From NCBI GenBank assembly GCA_965202585.1, contig OZ241831.1, positions 43,338,001-43,402,000 on the forward strand: a DNA stretch of 64,000 nt, written 5' to 3'. The notes beneath the pieces are model-generated. The model was given only the letters and a program-made list of their open reading frames with translations. It was not told the DNA's origin and searched no databases. Position numbers and translations under genes: made by a program. The stretch comes from Thalia democratica. Its lineage: Eukaryota. This document shows, in pieces, positions 34,610 to 46,366 of this stretch. Position 1 is the first letter of the stretch. Each line of letters begins with the position of its first letter.

Positions 34610-36872
34610 CTCTAATCGTTAATTAAAATAAATCAAAATTTCTCCTTTTATTTTTATTTTTTGTATAAATTTAAATCAATAAATAATTACTACAGATGGA
34701 ATTTTAAAATTAAATTAGGTCCTAACCAACGGTTTTAGTTGATTTTACTATATATAAAAATAACAAATACCAGATCTAACGAAAATATTTATAATATATA
34801 TAAAATTGTACTTAACAACAGTAAGCGGTGAAGACAAAGATAGGGAAGTAATAGGGAAGTTTTGTCATAACTTTCTGGAATCTTTGTTTTTTTCATATAA
34901 AGTTTATTATCTTATTGATTTTTGATAATAAATGATTATTGACACATAGAAGTTGCTTAAAATCGTCAATAAGCGACATAAACGCTCTACCTCAGCTCAA
35001 GCCTATCAGATAGCCTTCTTTTGCCGTTTGAATTGATTATTAAAAATTGCTTCTAAATCTAATTATGAGTCATTAAAAAATGACGTTTTCCAAATTGAAT
35101 CTGTTTTAATTAATCATAACACCAGTTAAGACATTTTAGGAATTAAAAAAACTTTACATAAACTTTTTGTTTGTCTACTACAAAAAAAATTTAATCAATA
35201 AACATCTTGGTATAATTAATACCTTTTTTAAATACTGTAGCGAAGAAAAGAATGTAACACATAAATTAAAACTAGATAGCTAAATAGTCTGTGTCAAAGT
35301 CAATACAACTTTTATTCCCTTACTAAAAATTCTACTTAATGTTTTTTACAAACATATTTTTAGAACACGCTTTCTGACTAATGTTTGCTATAATTTCTAA
35401 AGCTATGTGTGAAGAGTATTCTTTAACAAACAATTTTTTTCGGAGACAATACATAATGATAGTTTTATTTACAAAAAGATAACAAAGTTTCACCCAAAAT
35501 TGCAATTTTCAGGTCTGAAAATAAAAAATAAATGATGATGGTTTGATAACTTAACAAAAAGTGCAAAACAGTTAATATAATTTGGTTTATAAATATCATC
35601 AAGCTAATTTATTATTAGTGTTTAAATATACAAAAATCATAAATTATCAAAGTACTTTATACTTACAATTATTAGTATGTTGTATATAGTTTAGATACTT
35701 ATATAAAAAATAGCTTATAGCAACACAAATCGAAAATGTCATTTAACAAACAAAAGTACAGTAAAGATTAATAAACAAAAACTAAAAATACGTTAAGCTT
35801 TTAAATATAACTTTCTAAAAGCGGGCAGGTGTAAACAAATTCTTGTCTTTTACTTAAGTTGCGTTTATTTTTAGTAAGTGAATTTCTTTTTTTTTAAGTT
35901 ACAGGTTTTACAGATCTTACTTAAATTCTTTAATTCCCTATTCTTATACATAATGTTACATTTAAGTTCATAGCATATGTTATTGTTTTTTTATTTCAAA
36001 ATGTAATTAGAAAGTTGTTCTCTTTTGTTTCTTTCATTTTTTTTTGTTAGTAATATGCGCGTTCCATTTCTTTTTAAATAGACCTCCCGTAGATCCTATG
36101 TACCTTTAATTTTAGTAATTGTTGCCTTGTATACCACATTCTCCTGCAAACACTTACCATTTAACGGCAGAGATTTTTCAGTAGTTACACATACTTTTTT
36201 CTTGATATTTCTTATTGTTCGTTGTATTTAGTACCTTCTTTTTGTAACCGTTTATTAGTGATTTAACATTTGCCATACAATAGTAGGATATTTTACAGTC
36301 GTTTCTGTTAAAAATATTTTCATGCTTTTGTTTTTAAAATGTTTATTGACTATATCTAACAATTTTATGCCAATATTAGTTTTAACTAATTGGCAGTAGG
36401 AGAATAGAAAACATAAACTTTATTTTTTGTTTTCGTTTATTTTTATATATAGGGTTGGTCTTCTTTGCGTGTTCTAGCTACAAGATAGTAATCAATTTTA
36501 AGGAACTTGATAAATAATGTTAAGATGTTCTCAAATCTTCGTTGCTTGAAATATTTGTTCACAAACTTTAAGAAAACAGTAAAAGACCTTAAGCGCTTCT
36601 TCGATAACTATACGCAATAAAAAAATCATAATGATTTTTTTTTCAAGTAAGCTGACTTTTAGTTCAATTTTATTTTATTAAATAAACTCTACTAGCTTTT
36701 TTATTAGACTGAAGTTAGAAACTACTAATCTTATATCAAAGTTAGTTAACGTCAACTAATCTACAAACTGTTTTTTAATAAACAAATAAACAAAAATAGA
36801 AAACACTAACATTGGAAATATAAAAAACAGTTTAAAAAATAGTAAATATTTATAAGGTACTGTATAGACTGT

Positions 36873-37153
36873 TGTTCTAACGATTCCAACCAGACTTTGC
36901 AATAGCTTGCCGAGATCGGCTTAAAACCAGTTTTCAATTAAAAAAGTAAGTTCTAATCTAATTCAAACTGGATCGTGATTTTGTATTACATATTCGGCAA
37001 AGCTAAATTTAAAAATAAGGTTAGCCGAATCAGGTGGGCCAGTTATACAAACAAAGATTCAGCTGTGACCGGTTTTAGAATGATTTTTTATCAAAATCTA
37101 ACTAAATCAAGACCTTGGCAAGTTATCGCTAGATCTGGCGTTTGGGTAGAACA
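36873..37153. mobile_element. Degenerate MITE-like element with ~40-bp imperfect terminal inverted repeats
   Basis: TGTTCTA..CCAGACTTTGCAATAGCTTGCCGAGATC versus GACCTTGGCAAGTTATCGCTAGATCTGG..TAGAACA. Confidence 0.55.
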
Positions 37154-38699
37154 CTGTTAGAAATTTATGAAGATCACAAGTACTTTATAGTTAACTAGTT
37201 ATTTAGTTGGCTATTAAAAAAATGTCATTAATTTTATTTTATTTCAGAAAAGCTGTAAAATTTAATTTACACCTTAAATAGATATTTTAGATCATTGTTT
37301 TACCTAAAAGTTAAATACTATTTTTTTTTAATATAGTTTTTTCAAAAACTACTTTATTGAACGAAATCACGGATTTACAATGTCAACAAATAAATGCTTT
37401 TGAATATTTTCTTAATAGAAACTATTTTCTTAATTACTTCAAAATAATATCAAGCGTAGCAATTAAATATAAAATAAACAATTTTTAAGTACATACAGAA
37501 GTTTAATTTTTCTACAATAAATCAACTCCATGAAAACTACAGTTAAAGCAACGTTAGCTTGTCATCCAAACCATTTTTCTTTAGTTTCTTCTTCAGAAAA
37601 GTTCATTTAGTACAACGCTGAGTCACAAGGGTTTTGAATTATGTTTAAGTCTTAATGTATTGCCTATAAAGTAGTTCGTTTTTTAATGTTTAAGATACCA
37701 AAACGTCTTAAATATTAAATATTAATTTACGTATAACATAAAATATAAGTATTTTAAAGAAATAAGTAACATGCTAGTAACATATTTATTAAGTACTCAT
37801 AAAACAGAAATAGTCAAATTGTTAAAATTATTGTAGAATGACTTTTTCAGACAAACAGAAATACATCAATCTAAAAGATAAAGGCAACCCTAAAATCAAA
37901 CCTCTGTCGCTCAAATATTTCATTTAAAAAAGGCTTCAGGGGTAATTTAATTTAGTTGTGGTAACTAAATTTACTAATTACAAGAAATAAGATATTTTAA
38001 TTTATTAGAACTTAGATGAAGACATATCAAATAATGTACTTCTAGACTTCTGAACCGCCTGATTGAATTAAAATTTCTAGTAACAGAAGTTTTTACTTGA
38101 ATTTATAAAAGACTTAAACATACAAATATACTGTAAATGTACAAGCTCAATTGTACATATATACAAGTATATACTAAGCATTTGGAGCTTACTACGTTTA
38201 GCTTAGAAAAACCCACAAGGCACTCAGCGATTACCAACGAAAGAAAACACTAAAACCAAACAAATTTTGTACAAAAAAACTTAATTCAAAGAATCAGGGG
38301 TAGCGTTACAGAAATAAAATTCATAGTCGTTCACTTAGAAGAAATTTGTTGAATTAATTTTTTGATAGTTAATTACTTTTTTATTACTAAATTAATTTTC
38401 AACCACATTACTAACTGCTGTGCCTCCAAGATCTTAAAAAGGGTTTCTTAAAGTGAACCATGTTGCCTTTTTCAGCAATAATTATTGGTGCAGAACGAAC
38501 TTATCATAAAAATGAAAAATTTTTCTAAGGAGAACATTTTTCACCCTACTCGCCCCCTTTCTTAATCTTTTACATCTTTAGAGAGTGTTGAAAACTCAGG
38601 TTGTTTTGTTGTGATCAACCTTTGCGTAGTAAAATAATCTTAAATTAATAAACTTCAAGATGTACAACACAAAATTGAGGTTCGCGGATTTCGCTGCTA

Positions 38700-40095
38700 G
38701 CGCATAAATTTAAATGTTATCACAGCACCCACTAAGATAAATAGCATGGAAAGTACATTGATTGATTATTTTTATTGTTTATGTTCTGAATAAATTACTA
38801 GTTCTTGTATACTATTATCAGATATATCAGACCACTTTCAACTTAATATAAAACTAAGAAGTTTCAATTCAGTTATAATTAACTTAAAGAATAGAATAAA
38901 TATATTAAAGACTTTTCAAGAATTAACACTAATAAACTTTTAACTGATGCTACTCAATTTTTTAACAAACATAAAACAGATAAAATTATTTAATCTAAAA
39001 ACTCCATAGATAGCAAATTTAATTACTTAATAGGCAAATTTAAAGAGATCACTGACTAAAATGTTTCAACTAAAATGTTTTCCAAAGCTAAACTAAAACT
39101 TAAATCTAAACCCTGGATAACAAAAAAATACTTAAATCCATAAAAAGAAAAAAACAGACCATATGAAAACCTTTTCAAGAGTAAATTTAATAGCCAAGTT
39201 AAACTACAAGAATACAAAAATACAGAAGCAAAACTTTAAAATAGTAACAAATTAAAAAAAAGCATACTACGAAAACATTCTAAAAAATTCTTACAAAAAT
39301 AAATCTAAAACTAGGAGAGTAATAAATAACATGACTACTAGACAGAAAAAAAGACAGCCATTATCCACATAGACTAGATGTGAATCATATATCTGAAATA
39401 TAACCATTAGACATAGTAAACAAACATAATATTCATATTCTAGCATTGGAAAGCAAACATCAACACAAAAAGGTTACCCAATAGGTTTTACTGACAATCT
39501 AAAATTTCAGTAATAACTTTTTTGGTTTCATGCAACAGAGACTAAAACTTACAAAAGTGATACCATTTTTTTAATCAGGATTAAAAACATTAACAAGAAA
39601 CTATAAACCCATTTCACTTCTATCTGATTTGAATAAAATGATTGAAAAAGTAATCTATAACCGCCTGTACAGTTTTTTTTTTAAATTTAGTTCTAAAAAA
39701 TTCTCAGTTTGGCTTTCAACAGAATCATTCCACCACTTTAGCTTTGTCTGAATTTGTTAAAGGGGCTCTGTCCAATTTTGATAAAGGAAACGCAGTTTGT
39801 GCAGTCTTTTTGGATTCAAGTAAAGCATTTGATAGTCTAGATAGAAATACCTTACTAAGGAAATTTGAATGTTATGGTGTGATAGGAAATATGCATTAAA
39901 TAATCAGTTCATATCTAGATGGAAGAAAACACTTAGTAAACTTTGAAGGATATGAGTCAACCTGTGAAAAAAGTGAAATTGGGAATCACAAGGCTTAGTA
40001 TTAGGACCGTTGTTGTCCCTAACACACATAAATGACTTACAAAATAATACTAGTCTTTAAGTCATCAACTTTGCAGATGATGCAATGTTATACAA
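38700..40095 (+). mobile_element. Decayed CR1/L2-clade non-LTR retrotransposon ORF2 (end of APE endonuclease, linker, RT), pseudogenised
   Basis: Hand translation: ITAPTK..STLIDYF (38719), ISDHF (38824), PWIT (39111), NHSTTLAL, VFLDSSKAFDSLD (~39810), VLGPLL, FADD (40070). Many stops and frameshifts; the 5' limit is uncertain. Confidence 0.85.
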
Positions 40096-40109
40096 AACAA
40101 TGTTATACA

Positions 40110-41450
40110 GGTTTTTAAAATTTCTAGATTGTATTGTTAATTGTCTTTTTGATTATATGTTGTGGATAACCACGAGCTTCAAAATTATCTTTAATTTTAT
40201 CTAATTCTTCCTTAAAAAACTTTTTTGAGCAAATCTTGTGTGCTCTGAATACTAAACAGGATATTAAGCCAAGTTTTTGGGATAAAGGACAAAACGACTG
40301 AAATGGAATATATTTGCTAGCAAATGTTGTTTTTTTTATACAGAGTAGTAAGCAACAGATGAACATCTAAGAAAGGTAAGCAATTGTCATTTTCTTTCTC
40401 AATAGTAAATTTAAATTTGGGTTTAAATTCGAAATTTTGTTAAATAATTCATCAATGTCAAAATAATCATTGTAAGACACAAAAATGTTATCAACATATC
40501 TAATATAGTTTATTGGTTTTTGATACTCGGAAAAGAGCATTGATTCAAGATATTTCATAAAAATGTTGGCTAAAATAGGGCCTAGTGGACTACCCATTGC
40601 CACTCCATCTATCTGTTTATAGATATAAGAATTAAAACTAAATTCAAAATTTTTTACTGCCATGTCTAACAAACTTAGACAAATTTCTTTTGGAATAGAA
40701 GGTGCTGTAAGACCAGAATTATAATGCTCATTTAAACATAGTTTTATAGTTTTATCTACTAGGACATTAGTAAAGCGGCTTTTTATGTCAAAGGAACACA
40801 TGTTACTTGGTATCAAAGCTTTTTTTTATAACTTCAACGAATGATAAAGAGTCTTTTATACAAAAAGTGGAATACTTACTGAAACTGGTTCGAGTATTTT
40901 GATTAGTAGCTTTAAAATTTTATATTGAGCAGAATTACTCATATCCAAAATAGGTCTAATTGGAATAAACGTCTTGTGGATTTTAGGTAGACCGTAAAAT
41001 TTCAATCACTGAGGTCCTGAAAGTCTAAAAGATTCTTACAAATTCTTAGAAATATAACCTTTGGCATACCAACCTCTGAGTTTAAGTTGAAAAGCTCGCT
41101 CTATTTTAAAAGTTGAATCAAATCCTTCAAAACGAGCTAGTTTAATAAATTTATCTTTATCTAATAAACTATCCTTCATTTTCTTTAAACACAAGATAAG
41201 CCCTTATCAGCTTTTAGGATTGCTATATCAGAATTATATTTGAGAGACTTATAGGCTTCATTGCAGTCTTTAAACATTCCAAAATCAAAATAGTTACATT
41301 TTATATTAGTGAAAGAAAGAGATAAGCTGTATAGCTTTGCATTACAACCGTCCAACTTCTCTTGGGAAATTGGTCGATGATGTCTTAGTTGTCCTGATAA
41401 AATTTCAAACTCAGAGAAAATGTTTTCATTTTACAGGTTGTTAAAGGAAA
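40110..41450 (-). mobile_element. Decayed Penelope-like retroelement RT fragment
   Basis: DIAILKADKG, FYGLPKIHK..PIRPI, SFDIKSRFTNV, YKQIDGVAMGSPLGPILANIFMKYLE, YIRYVDN (catalytic DD changed to DN), ICSKKFFKEELDKI..RGYP. Truncated before any GIY-YIG domain. Confidence 0.88.
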
Positions 41451-41768
41451 TAAAAAATTTTAGACCATTTTCTAATAAATTTTATTATTAACATTCGGTT
41501 CATAATTAGAAACGTTTAATATTTAAGTCAATGTCGAAGAGAAATTACCAAAGCGTTTTGTCCTGAGGTGTAGTATTTTTTTTTTGTTTTTATTTAGAAT
41601 CTTTCTATTATTTCTTTTGCTAAGTTCACTCGAATACTTTAGAAACTTTAATCTATCTATTAATGACAAAAAAGTGACGACCATTTTAAAATTACTGATA
41701 AAAGTCATTTTTATATATTTGTTTATATTGTTTAGTCTACCAATTTTACCTTTTATGAATGGACTTTG

Positions 41769-41848
41769 CTACTGATGGACTTTGCTTAAGTTTAGACGTT
41801 TTTATTCTATGATGAATTAATATAAACTTAAGCAAAGCCCATCAGTAG
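41769..41848. repeat. Isolated 80-nt hairpin with a 26-bp stem
   Basis: CTACTGATGGACTTTGCTTAAGTTTA (41769-41794) versus TAAACTTAAGCAAAGCCCATCAGTAG (41823-41848), 25/26 Watson-Crick pairs. Confidence 0.9.
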
Positions 41849-43938
41849 AAAAAATGTTAATTAAAGATTAAATAGAAATATTAATACACGATAGATTGTG
41901 TCTTTTAAAAAAGTAAATATTAATGTTAGTTATTAGATCAGGATTTCCCAATTTTTCTTATCATAAGTCCCTCTTAAATAAAATTAGATAAGCAATAGTC
42001 CTATATTTTAAAATTTCGTAAAAACTATCCTAAGACTTATTTTTTTGCTTTTAATCATGAACTCCAAAAAAACTAGTGTAAGTTTAAAAATTTTCTTAAG
42101 TTTTTCTGTAGTATCTAGTGTAGGTTTCAAAACTACCCTTAAGAACTTCTTTTTGCTATTCATCATCAACTCAAACTGTTCAAGTGAGTTTGATATTATT
42201 GTTTCAGATTTTTTTTGTTTGATTTGTCAGTTGGTTAAGGTGTATAACTACGAAGAAGCGGTACTAGTTTTATGTTTGGCTTTTTGTAATTAATATTATA
42301 GAATGTTTTTGTACTTTTTTTAGTTCGGTAGGTTGTATAGAGATGAGTAAATATGTTTGTTTAAGCATCTTAAGTATGTAAAGATTAAACTTGTATTCAT
42401 GACTACTTTTTATTAAGCGTTTACGTTATCTTCTAACAAGATTGTACATTTGATAATAAACTGTTTCTTATAATAGATTTTTTTCTTTTGGAGAATTTCT
42501 GATTTCTTTTGTGTTTAAATAATTATTCTATTTTTTATTTTAAAACTTTTATTTCAATTTGTTAAAATTTAAATAAAGCAACAAATAATGAATTTATTTT
42601 ATTTAAAAGTTAGCTTTAACTTTAAACCATCAAACGATTTAGCTTTTGAATTAATATTCAGTACGTTAAAAAATTAAATAAAATCAAATAAATAAAACTT
42701 GTTATTTACACACGGCTATAAGCCAGCTTTTAGTGAAAAGTTTGCAGAAAAATCTGTAGACAAATGATTGAAATTCAAGAATTTAAAAAAGTTAAAATTT
42801 TATGCTAAAACGAGGTTTTGACAAAATCACAATGGATTTTAATTTGAACTATAGCTTATTTTTATTTGGTAAAGTATATTTTAAATAATTATTAGTGTAT
42901 TATTGAAATAATTTTATTAAAACTTATGTACTAAAGTATAATATATTTATTTTAAAGAAATTAAAAAGTTAAGTTTTGTAATTAATTGTATATTCGTTTT
43001 CTTTGTTGAATGTTATTAAAAAAAAAACTCAAACAATCTTGAAGATTTTCTTTTGAACTTTTAGTTTAAAGCCAAATGGGATATTTTCAAAAGTCGTATT
43101 TAAAACTTGATAGTAAAAAATAAAAGCATTGCTCTAAAACAAATTTTTAAAAGTTACTCAAGTAAAAAAAAAACTATAGAAATTTAAAGATACTTTGGAA
43201 ATTTTATTACTATAATTCTTTATAAATTTTATTAACTTTTTAGCATTTGTTTAGATATTTGTTCTAATTTGTTTGAGTGTTAAAAACACGTTTTGTTGTA
43301 ACAAGTATGTACTAATTGTTGGCTTTGTGCTTTTTAAAACTTTAAAAATTTTGTCGTTAAGAAGACTTAATTAAGTAACTAAAAAACTTAAAGTTGCTTT
43401 ATAATGTTTAAATTTGCAAAACTTGAGTTGTATGGCATGGTTTATGTCATCGTAAAAATAGTTTATTTAATTTAAATGTATACAAATAGAATTTAATACA
43501 TTTTTGAAGTCAAGATAAAAGAACTATAAAGCTAAAATATGAACTCTAACTTTTCTAAGGTATGGTGAATTATGTCTTTTTTTATTATTGTTTCAATATT
43601 TTGTTTTACCATCATAATCTTATAAGTTAGACATTCCAATTTAATTTACTATTTTTCTTTTATTAGTTGAGGTATGGCATTTTGAATTGTCATGATAAAT
43701 TAAATTGTTTTGTAACCAGTTTAAAGTAAGTATATTTAATTTTAGTTAACATGAAATACTTTGTAAGTAGTATCTATTATAAAATAACTTGTTGAAGTAA
43801 CATTAATGAACTTAAAAGATTAAGTAATTTTAAGACAAAAATTTGCAAAATAATAATCTTACTTCGAATTTGCATAAAAAAATTATTTTATATAAAAACA
43901 AAACTTTTTTAAGGAAAATTAAGTTTAGTTATATAAAC

Positions 43939-44889
43939 ATGAACAAGCTCAAAACAAACAGGAGAAGAGAAAGAAATAAGAATATTAAAGAAATGTTAAA
44001 GAAAAAGAATAAAAACAAAGAAAAAAGAAGACAACAGCGATCTCAGGAGCCACCGGCCAATCAACAAAACCAAAGGGTTGGTCAACAAGCAGCTCAGGCT
44101 CCGAATGCAGCAGAAGACGAAGAAGAAGAAGAAGAAGATGCTGCTGATGATGCTGCTGATGATGACGCTGCTGATGATGACGCTGCTGCTGATGACGCTG
44201 CTGATGATGACGCTGCTGATGATGATGCTGCTGATGATGACGCTGCTGATGATGCTGCTGCTGATGACGCTGCTGCTGATGACGCTGCTGCTGATGACGC
44301 TGCTGATGATGACGCTGCTGCTGATGATGCTGCTGATGATGACGCTGCTGATGATGACGCTGCTGATGATGACGCTGCTGATGATGACGCTGCTGATGAT
44401 GACGCTGCTGATGATGATGCTGCTGATGATGACGCTGCTGATGATGCTGCTGCTGATGACGCTGCTGCTGATGACGCTGCTGCTGATGACGCTGCTGATG
44501 ATGACGCTGCTGCTGATGATGCTGCTGATGATGACGCTGCTGATGATGACGCTGCTGATGATGATGCTGCTGATGATGACGCTGCTGATGATGACGCTGC
44601 TGATGATGCTGCTGCTGATGACGCTGCTGCTGATGATGATGCTGCTGATGATGAGGCTGATGATAATGATGATCACATACAGCTAACTTTTACTCACAAG
44701 CTCGGGTCGGAAGATAACAACCAGGGCGGCGAGACAGCAAATTTGAGAATTAGCTGTTATCTGAAAATAGCAGCGGGCACAGCTGTGCTCTCGGTATCGA
44801 GCAAATGGGGATCTCACTATTTGCGCATTCAGAGCTTACAAAAGAAGCAAAGCAGGAGTGGGGAATTTTTGATCACTTTGTTGTTGTGA
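43939..44889 (+). CDS. Hypothetical low-complexity protein: basic K/R N-terminus, Q-rich linker, poly-E, then ~180-aa Asp/Ala repeat (316 aa from ATG 43939)
   Basis: Open frame 43843-44889; first ATG at 43939 (MNKLKTNRRRERNKNIKEMLKKKNKNKEKRRQQRSQEPPANQQ..). The non-repeat N-terminus looks protein-like. The C-terminal ~70 aa run through a duplicated non-coding element whose other copy has TAG in this frame. Coding status is unproven. Confidence 0.4.
   Translation: MNKLKTNRRRERNKNIKEMLKKKNKNKEKRRQQRSQEPPANQQNQRVGQQAAQAPNAAEDEEEEEEDAADDAADDDAADDDAAADDAADDDAADDDAADDDAADDAAADDAAADDAAADDAADDDAAADDAADDDAADDDAADDDAADDDAADDDAADDDAADDDAADDAAADDAAADDAAADDAADDDAAADDAADDDAADDDAADDDAADDDAADDDAADDAAADDAAADDDAADDEADDNDDHIQLTFTHKLGSEDNNQGGETANLRISCYLKIAAGTAVLSVSSKWGSHYLRIQSLQKKQSRSGEFLITLLL
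44113..44673. repeat. Compound trinucleotide/minisatellite: (GAA)n followed by GAT/GAC/GCT array with dominant 15-bp unit GATGATGACGCTGCT
   Basis: Directly visible: 12-18 bp units (DDAA, DDDAA, DDAAA) plus a larger internal duplication. Confidence 0.97.
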
Positions 44890-45896
44890 CCTCATAATGT
44901 AGGCTGTTCGAAAGAGTTTTTTTCATGACCTGCGATCGACCCTTGAAGACAATTTTTGTTGGTCGATGTGTGACGACCAGAGATGAAAGCAATGCAAATT
45001 AAGGTAGCATTCTTGCGAGAATTACCTGCATGGTGCGTTAGAAAGAGACCACCTACTTTTGTGTGTTGAAAATAATTGCAATTTTAGTATGCTGGTAACT
45101 CTATAAGTACTTTCGGTTTATGCCTTTTCAGTTTAAAATTTTTAGGTTTATGATTCTTTAAAAATGCTTTTGTGTTTTACTTGAACGGCTTGCATTAACA
45201 AAAAAGATCTTGCTTTCTTAATTGATTTTGAAATACTAAAAGTGTTTTTAATGCGCAAATTTTGTTTTTTAAAGTTTTAACGTTATAACGAAGAAGTTAG
45301 TCTTACATGGAGTTGAAAAAAAATAAACTATCTAGTTTAAAATATTACAACGTTGTTATAAATATTTACCTAGCTGTTTAAACAAACTTCAAACATGCTT
45401 CATAAATTAAAAACTTCTTATCTCATTTAACGCTTGACTTAAATAAAAAAAAAAAAAATTCTATATAGTTTTATACTTTATCAAACAAAATATTACTGAA
45501 CCATCTTAATATTAATTAATAGACTTTGTTCAGGCTATTTCATCGTAATTGTAATCTAAGCTTTTAAATTTTGTTGTTGTTGTGTTATCTTAACTTTTCA
45601 ATATTTTATGAACTTCACTGGGCAGTTGTAGTAATAAGAATAAGCTTTTAGATCTTTTTAATAGTTGTATGGAAATTTCACTGAAAACTTAATTGAAGCT
45701 TAATTTAGAATATTGATTTTTGTTTTGATATTTTTTTTGTAGATTTAAGAATTATCGAGTTATTGAATACTTAACGAATTTAACAAAAACCATAATTGTT
45801 ACTACTATAAAAACTAACTATTTTGCTTCATACCGCTAAAATTCAGTTAAGTTTAAGTAACTACTTAAGTGGAGTAGGAGTCTAAAATGCTTGAAT

Positions 45897-46366
45897 GGAC
45901 ACTTTTGCACGGGGGGGTCAAATATGCACGAAGACGCTTTTGCACGAAGGGATATATTTTCACGAAGAAAATTTTGCACGGTATGGAAAAGTTTTCAATT
46001 TTTATCATTTTTTATTTACTTTAGTTAATTATCAATTTTTTCTATTATTACTTTTACCCCTAACCCTTATCTTCGGTCGGGTTATCTTTCTTTTTTTGTG
46101 TTTTTTATAATTTTTTTTTACTTTCTGTTTATTTATTTTATTTTTTTTTTAGTTTTGTTTTATAAACTTGTTCTTGTTTTTTTATTGCTACATTTTTATT
46201 TTTACTATTACTGTTACCCCTAACCTTTACCCTTAGTCGGTATTTTTTTTTGTTTTTTTTATTAATTTTTTTTTTTATCTTGTTTATATTTGTTACTCTC
46301 GTTCAAAAATCACCCTCGAACAAAAATGTTTTCTTGCAAAAGTGCCCGATCGTGCATATTTGGCCC
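45897..46366. mobile_element. MITE/Helentron-like insertion specific to unit B
   Basis: Left has GGACACTTTTGCACG and GGTCAAATATGCACGA modules; right has the inverted CAAAAGTGCCC and TCGTGCATATTTGGCCC. Internal ~160-bp duplication with CCCTAACC. Absent from the collinear position in unit A (~4640). Family assignment is tentative. Confidence 0.65.

Noticed and set aside
43996-44686. S/I-rich (minus) and L/M/T-rich (plus) ORFs over the repeat
   Set aside because: Shadow frames of the GAT/GAC/GCT array, which lacks stops in those frames; no independent evidence.
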